A stretch of DNA of 64,000 nt from Pavona decussata (taxonomy: Eukaryota), in assembly GCA_977016875.1 (NCBI GenBank), contig CDRNST010000038.1, positions 2,108,001 through 2,172,000 of the forward strand, written 5' to 3'. The position numbers and the translations under genes are program-made. Positions within the stretch are counted from its first letter, which is position 1, and every line of letters starts with the position of its first letter. Of this stretch, positions 25,519-36,234 are shown in pieces. Under the pieces are notes generated by a model, which worked only from the letters and a program-made list of their open reading frames with translations, ran no database searches and had not been told where the DNA came from.

Positions 25519-27392
25519 GTGAGTTAAACCCTTTTTGCCCAAAATCAAAACTCCATCAGAAGAAAAAACTATTTTTGTTAAATACTGAATAACAGCAAGG
25601 CGCGCGTTCCTATTGGGTGAAACGAGTCATCATTTTTCTTCGTGTGTTGCACGCTGGTGTCAGCTTGCCTTCGATGCACTTTAAGCCCCGGGTTTAAGCT
25701 CAGTGCCCCTCTTGCTGATCTGATCCTCAAACTCTTAGGCTCTTTCGATCGCTCTCACCGACTCTCGCGGGCTCTCACTGAAAACGAACCTGCTCTAAAC
25801 CTGCTCTAGTTGTCCGCAATGAGGCGTTTCGATATTTGATCTCACTAAATAGTTTAAACTTGAGACAACTTGCCTTTCATTGATAGATCTGATAGTTATT
25901 GCTTTGAACCACGGCTTACAGGCAGCTGTATTATGTTATTATGTTATGTTATTATGGAAATTAGCTCTGACTAGTTAACTTAGAAGCGATATTCGGATTT
26001 GCAGTGAAAAATCGATAAAATAGATTTAAGTAGCTTTCTTTAATACTCTTCTCTCCCAGTTTCAGTTAAAAAAAAATTGAATATCATCCTCATCTTCTCT
26101 TTCAACCACACTCATTTCCTCCTTACATAATTACCAGCGCTACTACTCTCTTTGTTTTGCGTTTACCTTTTATATAAAAGAAATAACAGGTATAGATATT
26201 ATTTCAAAGCGAACCGCACGGTTCTTCCACCCAAGTTAGAAGCGTATATGATTGTTATACTCATCAAATCCGGCCTGGAACGTTTGTTTTTTTACTTTTT
26301 TTATTTTTCTTGAAAACCTGATTGGAATTTTAACAAGTTTTCAATACACCTTTTCATTTACCATTCCTCGTGTCTAGGCCGTCCGTTTGTTAGTCTTTGT
26401 GCGAGCTTCTTGTCCACATTCACTGTTTTGCCATCCATGGACAAAACGGAATTTACCTCTTGAAATAAATTATATTTCTTCTTCCTTTCTCACGAAAATA
26501 ACTTTTCTTCACACCTGTTCAGGCTACCAATCAGGTTTAAATCAACATGAACTGACAAAAGCTAATGCTAAAAGCAAATACAGGTCTATGCATGAACTTA
26601 ATGGAGCGGCTGCAACAAAAGGATCTTAATGGCGTGTCTTAGCTCTGGCATTTGTCAGCACAAGTTATTTGATGGTAAAGGTTATATACCTTATTATTAG
26701 ATCGGCAAATGATCAGGGTTGACGGGAAAAACCATTCCCTTCTGCATGGAAAATGAGTTAAACAACACCAAAACCACCAATTCCTCGATGCAATGAGCGG
26801 ATTAAGCGTGTGAAAAGCTAAACGCTTAAATTTTGCATACTAATAATGGATGAGCGTGTTTTTCAAGTATTAAGTAAAGTGAGGACCACTAAAAGGTGCG
26901 CTTGAATAAATAATTACGTAAAGAGTAACTAAAGGCCGAGTTATCGATTATATTTTCAGGATTGAGTCTGTAGGGATAAGCTGATTGCAAAGCTTGAGCT
27001 TTGTGAAATGTTGAAAGAGAACCAAAATAGTGCACAGAGCACGTACAGGCGGAAATATATTTAAATTCTCGCCAGAAATCGTGAAGGCAAAGTATTGTTG
27101 ACTCTCAAACAACTTCCTTGATAATCAAAAAGGTAAAATAGCTTTTGGTGTTTAACACCCTTCATGCTGTATGTTGCATTAGAGACTGACAGACAGTTTG
27201 ACGCAAACCGAGGAGGCGTATTGGCTGATCAGTGTTTTATGTTAATTAAAATTACCTGAATTTCAAATTTTTTAATCATTGCGCGTGAGGAATCGTAAAC
27301 CAGAAGGCTATTTGTCATTAAGCATAAATACTGCAACACTTGATCCTGAGAAACCAGACGAGTTTGAAACAAGCAACAGAAAGTCATTAGAC

Positions 27393-28367
27393 ATGAACAC
27401 AACCGTGAATGGATCGAGCTGTTCTAGTCTGTCCTATTCTACAGCAGCTAACATTGGAGCAACCTTCGTTTTCTGCCTGATCTTTGTCATCTCGCTGCTT
27501 GGAAATTCCTTTATAGCGATAATCGTTTACAAAACGCAAAGTTTGAGAAAACCAATCAATTTCTTTATCGTCAACATGGCCATGTCCGACCTGCTGCTTC
27601 CAATATTCCTGTTCCCTAGGGAGCTTGCCTATCTGTACACGGACTCCTGGCTTAATATCAGCGGTCCCCTTGGCCAGGCATTGTGCAAACTGGCTCCCTT
27701 CGTAGCATATGTCTCCAATTGTGTTTCTGTCCAGAGCCTGGTTCTAATAGCTGTGGATCGATTTGGAGCTGTGGTATTTCCCCTCCGTTCCCCAGTTATC
27801 AGTTCAAAGCTGTGTCCATCCTTTATTCTCGGCACCTGGATCGTTGCGATATCAGTAACCTCACCATATTTGTCCGCCTGGAAACTTACTGAATATCAAG
27901 GACAACTGGTTTGTAGCTTTCGGTGGAATGAAAAATATTATGTTCTTGTAGTGTTCTTTGTATTTCTTTATATCCCTATCGCCTTGTTGACCACACTTTA
28001 CTCTATCATCGTTATCAAGCTCAAGTCACAAAAGATTCCAGGCGAGCCATCGGCCATCGCTGAGCAACATCGAGCGAAAAGGAACAAAAACGTGTTAAAG
28101 ATGGCCATTGCTATCGTGTTAGGGTTTGTACTGTGCTGGATACCCTACAGTATTAGCATCTTAGTGTCGTTCTTTGCGCGGGTCACTTTGCCTTGTGGCT
28201 TCTATATCTTTCTTAATATTACCCAGTTTTTGGCTGTCTCAAATTGTGCCATCAACCCTTGCATCTGTTTCATTTTCAGTACAAACTATCGTTCTGCTCT
28301 AAAGAGGCTCCTCAACTGTTTGCGCGGTGCAACTGTTTCAGTTAGGGGTGCAGCGCAGAGAGAGTAA
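27393..28367 (+). CDS. Intronless class A GPCR, copy 4
   Basis: ATG at 27393 (MNTTVNGSS); 7TM motifs intact; short ECL2 variant. Confidence 0.92.
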   Translation: MNTTVNGSSCSSLSYSTAANIGATFVFCLIFVISLLGNSFIAIIVYKTQSLRKPINFFIVNMAMSDLLLPIFLFPRELAYLYTDSWLNISGPLGQALCKLAPFVAYVSNCVSVQSLVLIAVDRFGAVVFPLRSPVISSKLCPSFILGTWIVAISVTSPYLSAWKLTEYQGQLVCSFRWNEKYYVLVVFFVFLYIPIALLTTLYSIIVIKLKSQKIPGEPSAIAEQHRAKRNKNVLKMAIAIVLGFVLCWIPYSISILVSFFARVTLPCGFYIFLNITQFLAVSNCAINPCICFIFSTNYRSALKRLLNCLRGATVSVRGAAQRE

Positions 28368-30023
28368 TTTTCTAACGCTCCCATGGTAACCCAGTAGCCG
28401 ACAGTTCGCAGAACGCTCTCTCGTCAAAATCATCAACAAAACCGTAGATCGATTCGTTCGTTTCTTTCAATTCATTTCTTCTGTATTTCACATAAATTAA
28501 ACAAAATTTAGAGATAACAGGTAACTAATTCATGCAAAGTAAAGGAACATTGTCAATTCTGTGATTTCTGGCTTTTTAAAGGTATAATCGCTTTTGTTCA
28601 AACTCCTCAGTTGTAGAGAACTGAAAAGATGCCGACAAGTCGAAAAGAATTTTAAATTTGCCAGCTATGCTGTGTTTTAGCTTTTGTACATTTAGAAAAC
28701 GTTTCTGAAGAGCTAACAGTCGTTCTTTGAAAACTCTGCTTGTAAATAAACATACAAGAAAGATGTCGAAAGGATTTTAAACCTTTCTTTTCCGGGAGAC
28801 CTCCCTTTAATCGTTTTATCATTAAGAAAACGGTACTTAGCTTAGAAGATATGTTCTGATCTCTGTGAAAAAAAAGTCATTTTCCTACACATCGACTACA
28901 AGTTTGTTGAAAATTTCAACTCGATTGTCGGGTAATAACAAGTCCAGCAGAAGAAAAGAGACAGAAACCGCTCATAAAATAATAAACTTCAAGAGAGAAA
29001 ATGAGGGAGAGATAAAAATGACTGGGCTTATGTGCCAAACAATTCTAAACGATTTATTTTTGCAAGACGAAGCCGCGAATAATTTGTCATTGTTACATTA
29101 AACTGCAAGGCTTTTGACAGTTTTGCTGTAATTGGTTGCAGTTACGCGGGTCAGAATGTCATTTGTGGTTTCGAGTTACCGCTTTCAAGTGGAAAGTGGG
29201 TTAAAAGCTACGTTATGTGTACATTGACTTTTAATAAAAGTGGCCTTCATGAAATATTTAACAAATCATTATTTTAATTGTTTTACAGTCACGAATTTGA
29301 GTTTGGACTATAGGCCTATTTCACCGTTTGCTCACCTGTCAATTAAACAAAAAGGTTTTTTGTTTATTCCTATTTCCTCTAACGGTTAACCGATTTGCCC
29401 GTTTTAATTTACTCTATCAACACAAAAATAGTCACTGACTTTCGATAACCAGGCAACTATCTACCAAGATATGCTTACATTATGTAACATTTGTGCTATC
29501 AAAGGCAAAAAAGTTACGGTTCCTCAATTCAATGAGCGGATTAAGCGTGCGAAAAGCTTAACCTTTAAATTTACATAGTGCTTATGGGTGATCGCGTTTT
29601 TCAAGTTTTAAGTAAAGTTGAACACCAGCGGTGCGCTTGAATGAATAATTACGTAAAGAGCAACTAAAGGCCGAGTTATAGATTATATTTTCCGCAGGAT
29701 CACGACTGTAGGGATAAGCTGGAGCTGCTGTGTTTTAGCTTTTGTACATTTAGAAAACTTTACTGAACAGCTAACAGTCGTTCTTTGAAAACTCCGCTTG
29801 TAAATAAACATACAAGAAAGATGTCGAAAGGATTTTAAACCTTTCTTTTCTGGAATACCCCCGTTTAATCGTTTTATCATTGAGAAAACGCTACTAAGCT
29901 TACAAGATATGTTCTGATCTCTGTGAAAAAAAAGTCAATAAAATATTCTAACGCAGAATTTTTTAGATAAAACTAGTGAGCAGCACGTCTGCGAACTCTT
30001 ACAGTTGTAAAACGATTTATTTC

Positions 30024-30066
30024 CTCCTACGCGTTTTGTGTGACTAACGCACACTTCGTCAGGGAG
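30024..30066 (-). ncRNA. Hammerhead ribozyme in the inverted repeat, core mutated (GAAA>AAAA)
   Basis: Reverse complement reads ctcc-CTGACGA-a-gtgtg-cgttagt-cacac-AAAA-cgc-GTA-ggag. Confidence 0.68.
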
Positions 30067-31303
30067 TTTTACAATACAACACAAGTGACCTGTATATATA
30101 TCTACATAAAAGACTAAAATAAATTTTACATTACGTAAAACCGCACCTACGCTAGCGGATTTACATGTAGGAAACAGGCGAAGAGGTGTGCAAGGCGTTA
30201 CATATTTTGTGCTTGACATAATTTTGGGGCCCACAGTTTTAGCTAAGCGCTGGACTCAAGCGATGACGATCGGACGATGAAGAGCCAGCACCAATACCCT
30301 CCGGTAGCCACTCCAAACTTGATTCTACAATCAAGTCTATTCTGAGAAAGAGAGTCGGTGAATGCCAAGACAGCAAAAAGTCTCGCTCGGTTCTCTTGGC
30401 AAGAATCAAAATACTGAGGCACCATACAGCAGAAGGCACGATCCCCAAGGGCCTTCGCATTCGAAACGTTAAAGCCAAAGGCAATAACGAAACTCTGCAA
30501 GCGAAATTTGACGACATTATTCGTGAGGCAGAACTCAAGCTGCTGGACGCTGCTATTGATAATCTCCGCACAGATGTAGAAGCTAACCGGGAAGAGCTCA
30601 GAGAGAGAGAAGCAAACGTTGATGGTGCCATTTTGCAAGTGGAAGATCTACCTCATTCAAAGTAAGGAAATCACTTCAGAGCAGGTGGACAGTCTCGTCG
30701 AAACGGCAACATCATTTGCGGAAAACCTCTCCTCAGACAACGCAATCAATCGTTCGAAAGCGCTACAAGCGCTACAAGCGCTACAAGCGGAAATTGCTCT
30801 CAAAGAAAGCAAACTGCGAGAAAGCATGGAATTGAACGAGGCCTTTATTCCATCAGAACAGTCGATTCGCGAAATAATCAGGCAGGAAATTCATCGCGCA
30901 AACGATGTTCAACCTGTCGCCAGCGACCGGCAAAGAAAGGTCTCCTTCTCCAACAACCCTGGAAGACAAAGTCGTTCAAAACGACAACAACACAAGCCGC
31001 GTCGACAGGGTTCATCAAAGTCGCCGCAAAGTCGTTCCAAATCGCCGAGTTCAAATCCGTCTAAACGGGTCAATCGTCCTCGCTCGTCGGCAAAAAACGC
31101 CCAGGGCAAAGGTTCCGGCCCCGCAAAATAGACAGTCGTTCTCCCTAGGAAAAACGGCTTTTCAAATTGGCAACACGACCCCTGTGCGACCTTCTTCCAC
31201 GGAACTTGGAAATCCACAACTTTTCTCATGTAAATCTCACTGAGCGCCAGTCCAAATTTTATGTAGATATATATATACAGGTCACTTATCTTCTATTGTA
31301 AAA

Positions 31304-31346
31304 CTCCCTGACGAAGTGTGCGTTGGTCACACGAAACGTGTAGGAG
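31304..31346 (+). ncRNA. Minimal type I hammerhead ribozyme
   Basis: ctcc-CTGACGA-a-gtgtg-cgttggt-cacac-GAAA-cgt-GTA-ggag: stem I ctcc/ggag, stem II gtgtg/cacac, intact core, predicted cleavage after 31342. Confidence 0.8.
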
Positions 31347-31711
31347 AAAATAAATCGTTTTACAACTGTAAGAGTTCGCAGACGTGCTGCTCACTAGTTT
31401 TATCTAAAAAATTCACTCTTGTGTCTCGCCTCCAACTTTCTACCCTGCAAACAGTTTAATTTGTTAAATACTACCTTTTATTTTTTTCTGAAGCATCTCC
31501 GCGGGCCGGAATCTCAAATCCTCGAATCTGATTGGCTAATTGCGCGCTCGTAACCGGTCCAGCTTTTTACGATACGGACCACGGTCCGGATTTTTATCCG
31601 CGCTATTCGCGGCAAATTGAAATTGTTGCGAAAGTTTACAAACAAAGGCAACAGTTACACGTAAACAACTTCCCGTAGAAATATGTAAGGAAAATATAAA
31701 TTCTGAAGAAA

Positions 31712-32705
31712 ATGGATTCAGACGAGAGTGTACACAGCGAAAGTGAATTTTACTGCCCAGAAGAAGAAATTCCCAACGAAACGACGGCATTAAAATATGA
31801 AGAAGTTGAACAAGACAGGCAATTAAGCAAAATTCAAGATTTTATTCACTCACTTCGCCCTGATAACACTAAAAAAAGACAACTTACGATCTAAACATTT
31901 GGCGAAGATACTGTTCCTCAGTTGGAGAGACAAGAACCTTGGAAAACATTCCTCCTAACGAGCTCAACATTCTGCTGTGCAGATTTTTCATGGACGTCCG
32001 TAAAAAAGATGGCGGAATGTACGAGCCAGGTACACTTGCATCGCTCCAGAGAAGTATTCAGCGCTAGTTTATTTGTATCTAAAGTTCGCCAGCCAACGTC
32101 CTGAAGAAATGAAGAGACCCGAGGCGCCTTTCTTCCTGGCAATAAACCACAAAAGAAAGCCTGCAGATCCGGTGTGGTACAGTCGAGCTCCTCTCGGAAA
32201 AAACAAGATCGGAGAATTTTTGACGAAGGCTGCGAAGAATGCAGGACTGCCTGAAAATGTAACCAACCATTCTGTGCGAAAAACCTGCATTTCAACGGTG
32301 ATGGATGCAGAAATTCCTGTTAATTATGTAGCTCAGCGGAGTGGACATACCGGTAAGAATTTAAAAAGCTTAGATTCCTACAAAACTGCTTTCGACGACC
32401 ACCAGCGAAAGATGCCCTTGCTACTGAGCAGCGAAACGAAATCTCCCATCTCTTCAAACGATGCACCGCTTAATCAAGCAGTCAAAGCCTCGCAGCACCC
32501 AGTCAAGCCGAGAGAAGACAAGCAAGCTTCTTCAGGCGAGGATCCCTTCCCTGGTTTTTTTGCTGGTTCGAACATCAGTAAAATTGAAGGCTGCACGTTC
32601 AATTTCTCTTTCAATACAGCGCCTTGCAGCAGTGGTGAAAGCTCGGCTCGGTCAAAGCCGCAAAAACGCCACATTATCATCTCAGATGACTCAGACTCAG
32701 ATTAA
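31712..32705 (+). pseudogene. Crypton tyrosine recombinase remnant
   Basis: HxxR, H and Y catalytic motifs present in 32073-32705. Frameshift near 31875; the middle of the domain appears deleted at ~32063. Confidence 0.78.
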
Positions 32706-33131
32706 CTTGAACTTGCTTTTGAAAAGTTAGTTTTGACAAATCCAGGGACGTTTTAAACATGTATCGAACCGTTAAGAAAAGTAAACTTCGCCGTGTTTGA
32801 GTCTTCATTCATAATGTTTATCATTCGATCGATATTTTTAGACCTTTTGGACATGCGTGTCATCATTTGCAGCGTGTCAACATTCATCCACTTTTGACGT
32901 TTGACAGATGATTGTCATTTCAATGACTCTTAAATGGTTTTCTCTTTTTTTACATGATGACTTGCGAGTGAAAATAAAATTAAACTTCCTATAAACCTTC
33001 CACTTAAATTGATGCCCTATTTACATTTGTTTCATAGGATTTTGTTACCACTTTCCTCCTCTAGCCTTAAACTTACACTCTTACAAACGTCCCACCGAAA
33101 AAAAAGCAAACAAACAGAAAAAAATAAATAA

Positions 33132-33274
33132 GTTATTTACCGGTCTAGGTCGGTCCGTATGGGAAAAAACTGTGCCCTTGGTCTTGAGTACGGCCCTCGG
33201 CCTTCGGCCTCGGGCCGTACTCAAGACCTCGGGCACAGTTTTTTCCCATACGGACCTCCCGCCCGGTAAATAAC
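33132..33274. repeat. ~140-bp palindrome at the Crypton 3' end
   Basis: gttatttaccgg...ggtccgtatgggaaaaaactgtgccc...ggtcttgagtacggccc pairs with its reverse-complement arms around ggccttcggcc. Confidence 0.9.
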
Positions 33275-34725
33275 ATATATAACTTCTTGTTCAATCCCAG
33301 TTCCCTCACTTCTGTTCATCATACTACTTTCTCTTTGTTTTTAACATCGTTTGTTATGAGAACAAAAAGAGGTGCAAACATCATTTCAAAGGAAACAGTC
33401 GACTAAAACTGTCCTTCAATTTCAGCTGCCTTCCTGTGAATAAACACATATGAAAATATGTGAAGCGATTTTAAACCATTCTTTGGTCCAAATTTGCCTC
33501 AATGATGGCTTTGTTGTTGAAAATTAGCTCGAGTTACTTTAAAAGCGATATTCGGATTTGCAATAAAAAAATCGATAAAATGTTTGAAAGTAGATCTCTT
33601 CAGTAATCTTCTCTCTCGCCTCCGAGCTTTAGAGAAAAATAAATAACTGAATATCATCCTCATCTTCTCCTTTAACCACGCTATTGTTCTCCTCAGTTTA
33701 TAACCAGCTGTTATTGCTGTTTTGTCTTCGCCTTTAATAAGAAGTAACAGGTTCTCCCACCCAGGTCAGAAGTTTATATCTGTTAAGCTCATCAAATCCG
33801 GCTTAGAACTCATGAGTTTTGGTTTGGTTTTTTACTTCTAGTTTAATATTTTCTTGGAAAACCTGAATTGAAATTTCAAAAAGCTTTCATTGTGCTTTCG
33901 AGTTGCCGCTTTTAAGCGGGAAGTAAGCTAAAAGCTAAGTTATGTACACATTCATTTTTAATTATGGTGCCTGCCATCGATCATGAAATATTACAAATCT
34001 GTACTTTAATTATTTATTGTTCAACCAGACTAGGAGTTAACTGCTTCTTCCTGTCAATTAAACAAAAAGGTTTCTTGGTTATTTCCATTTTCCTCTACCT
34101 TTTTCCATTAACCTCTTAACCCGTTTTAGTTTACTCTATCAATTCAAAAAAAATCACTCTTTTTCGATAACAGCACCTATCTTTTGTTAAAAACTGCTTC
34201 TTTGTAGGGTGATTGTCATTTTGTTTTTGTCGGATACTTATGTATGAGAATAAGGATGAAAAATAATTCTTAGCAGCCAAGTTTTGCATGTTGGCGTTTG
34301 TACCGTATAAGACAACTCTTTCAAGGTTAATTGTCATCAACGCCCGTTCTCGTCTCGTGCGTACGACGAACTTAACTACATTTGCGTATAAAGTAAACTG
34401 AGTAAAGGCTTTTTAGCTTGCTTTCTTACGTTTCCAAAGCCGGATATATTTGTAGTCACATTGAGACCGACTGTCTGTAAAAGTCTGTAAAAGCTATCAA
34501 CTTAACGTAAAAATGGCTTTTTTTATTTACTTCGTCACAACCAAATCAAAAGGAATTCAAATCTGTAGTGGAATCCTCCAACTCCGGAGACCAAAACAGA
34601 TTTGAACCTTTCAAACGTTTATATACCAACAGTTCTCGACGCTTTTTTAATTCTCGAGGGGAGAAAACCTTTTTGTGGGTACTGCACTGTATAGTGCTCT
34701 ACCTACTATGTCGTCAGGCAAGTAC

Positions 34726-34815
34726 GAGTGAGTGAGTGAGTGAGTGAGTGAGTGAGTGAGTGAGTGAGTGAGTGAGTGAGTGAGTGAGTGAGTGAGTGAG
34801 TGAGTGAGTGAGTGA
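34726..34815. repeat. (GAGT)~22 microsatellite
   Basis: Direct reading. Confidence 0.95.
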
Positions 34816-35382
34816 AAAAAAAGTGTTAAGCACAACGGGTAAAAACAGCTATTAGTAGAGCCCCAGGCAACACTTTCTCCAGACACTTTTTTCGTGCTCT
34901 CCGCCTCGCTTCCTTGCGTTCTTTTCCCCTTCACGCTTTTGTGTTATTTATTATATAACGCTATATAGCACAGCATTTGATATTAAGCATTCATAAAAAA
35001 CGGTAACGAGTAAACAAATTTGAAAAGTGAGGGGTGTTTTGCCTTGCTGTCTGTTTTAGTTGAGTAATTGTAGGCACAATTGCGCATGCGGTCTCACGAA
35101 TCATAGCCAGAGTTATATATTTTTTTCTTTGATGGCTTTATTTTCAAAACTGACTTTTAGGAGCAAAATAAAACCTGACAAAATTAAACAATCTCTGATG
35201 GAACATGCCAGAGAAGGTAATAATTATTGTGTTTTGATTAGTCATGACTTGTCGTACATTTTCTTTTGTCAGAATGATATTGCAACTTACAAAAACATAA
35301 AAAGAACGACGCTTTCGAATTTTCTTAAGTAGGCTGAGGCATTACTGAGAGAAACAACAGAACCATTAGAAAGTCAGCAAAC

Positions 35383-35435
35383 ATGAACACAACGCATAAT
35401 GGTTCGACCTGCTTCAGTTCAATGAATCCTTCAGC
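35383..35435 (+). pseudogene. 5' stub of a GPCR copy-2 paralog (MNTTHNGSTCFSSMNPS), body deleted
   Basis: Matches 7759-7811 and its upstream region, then jumps to sequence matching ~9309. Confidence 0.8.
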
Positions 35436-36234
35436 TTTGTTTGTTCTTTACTTTATTCGGTGCTAGTTGCTTCCATGGAAAGCTGACTTGAGTTTTCAAC
35501 CAATCGATCAATAGTTCTGCCGAATGTATATCAATATACCCTTAATGATTTCCGTCCTCTGCGGGCTATTAGGCTTTTCCCATTAACTAGGTTTGCAGCC
35601 TATGTTTTGTCCTTGATATTGACCGGGCAAATCTCACTGAAAACAAAGTGTCGGTTTTCACAGATTCAGCTGTATTTTAACCTAAGTGTTCGTCACGTAA
35701 TGCTGTAAATGTAGTTTTTGTCTTTTAGCTCCACCCAAACAAGTTGATGAGCTAGACGGTATTCCCTGCGGAGCAGCGCGCGCGTAATTTTGGACCAACG
35801 AGAGTCATTCAATTTACCCTTCACCGCTAATATTACAGATCTGTAACTTTTGCCGTGCAGTAAGTAAATATCCCAAGAACAAAAGACATTCTGCGCGATG
35901 ATAAGCTCCCACCCTCGAAGAAGCACCCACCTCGAATAACCGCCCACCCTCATGGGCCCAAAACAAAATAAGCGCCAGTAGCGAATAATCGAATAAATAC
36001 GGCAATTAGAGACTGACAAACAGTTTGACACAAACCGAGGAGGCGTATTGGCTGATCAGTGTTTTATGTTACTTAAAATTAGCTTAATTAAAATCTTTTA
36101 ATCCTTGCGTTTGAGGGATCGTAAACCAGAAGGCTATTTTCCGTGAAGCATATTAATACTTCAACACTTGATCCTTAGAAACCAGACAAGTTTGAAAGAA
36201 ACAATGCAACAGCAACCTCAGAAAGTCATTAGAT

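Larger units (their letters stand above)
29956..31414 (+). mobile_element. Truncated Penelope-like retroelement with inverted hammerhead-bearing terminal repeats, copy 1
   Basis: ~155-bp inverted repeats (29956-30110 / 31257-31414). Frameshifted ORF with IPKGL motif, coiled-coil and basic tail, then LEIHNFSHVNLTERQ. No TSD; ~17 bp lost relative to the empty site at ~3905-3940. Confidence 0.78.
31478..33280 (+). mobile_element. Crypton-type (DUF3504-like tyrosine recombinase) DNA transposon, internally deleted
   Basis: Broken ORF reading ...LLCRFFMDVRKKDGGMYEP... and ...VWYSRAPLGKN...TNHSVRKT...SGH...SLDSY. Absent at the paralogous site ~48178; no TSD; 3' terminal palindrome. Confidence 0.82.
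28890..36234 (+). repeat. Segmental duplication block B, paired with ~45594-51165
   Basis: Collinear sequence including the Penelope-like insertion and the GPCR stub; the Crypton is present only in this copy. Confidence 0.9.

Noticed and set aside
29956-31414. DIRS retrotransposon or DDE transposon reading of the long inverted repeats
   Set aside because: No TSD and no transposase or YR motifs; the hammerhead plus IPKGL and NxS..LT motifs point to a Penelope-like element.
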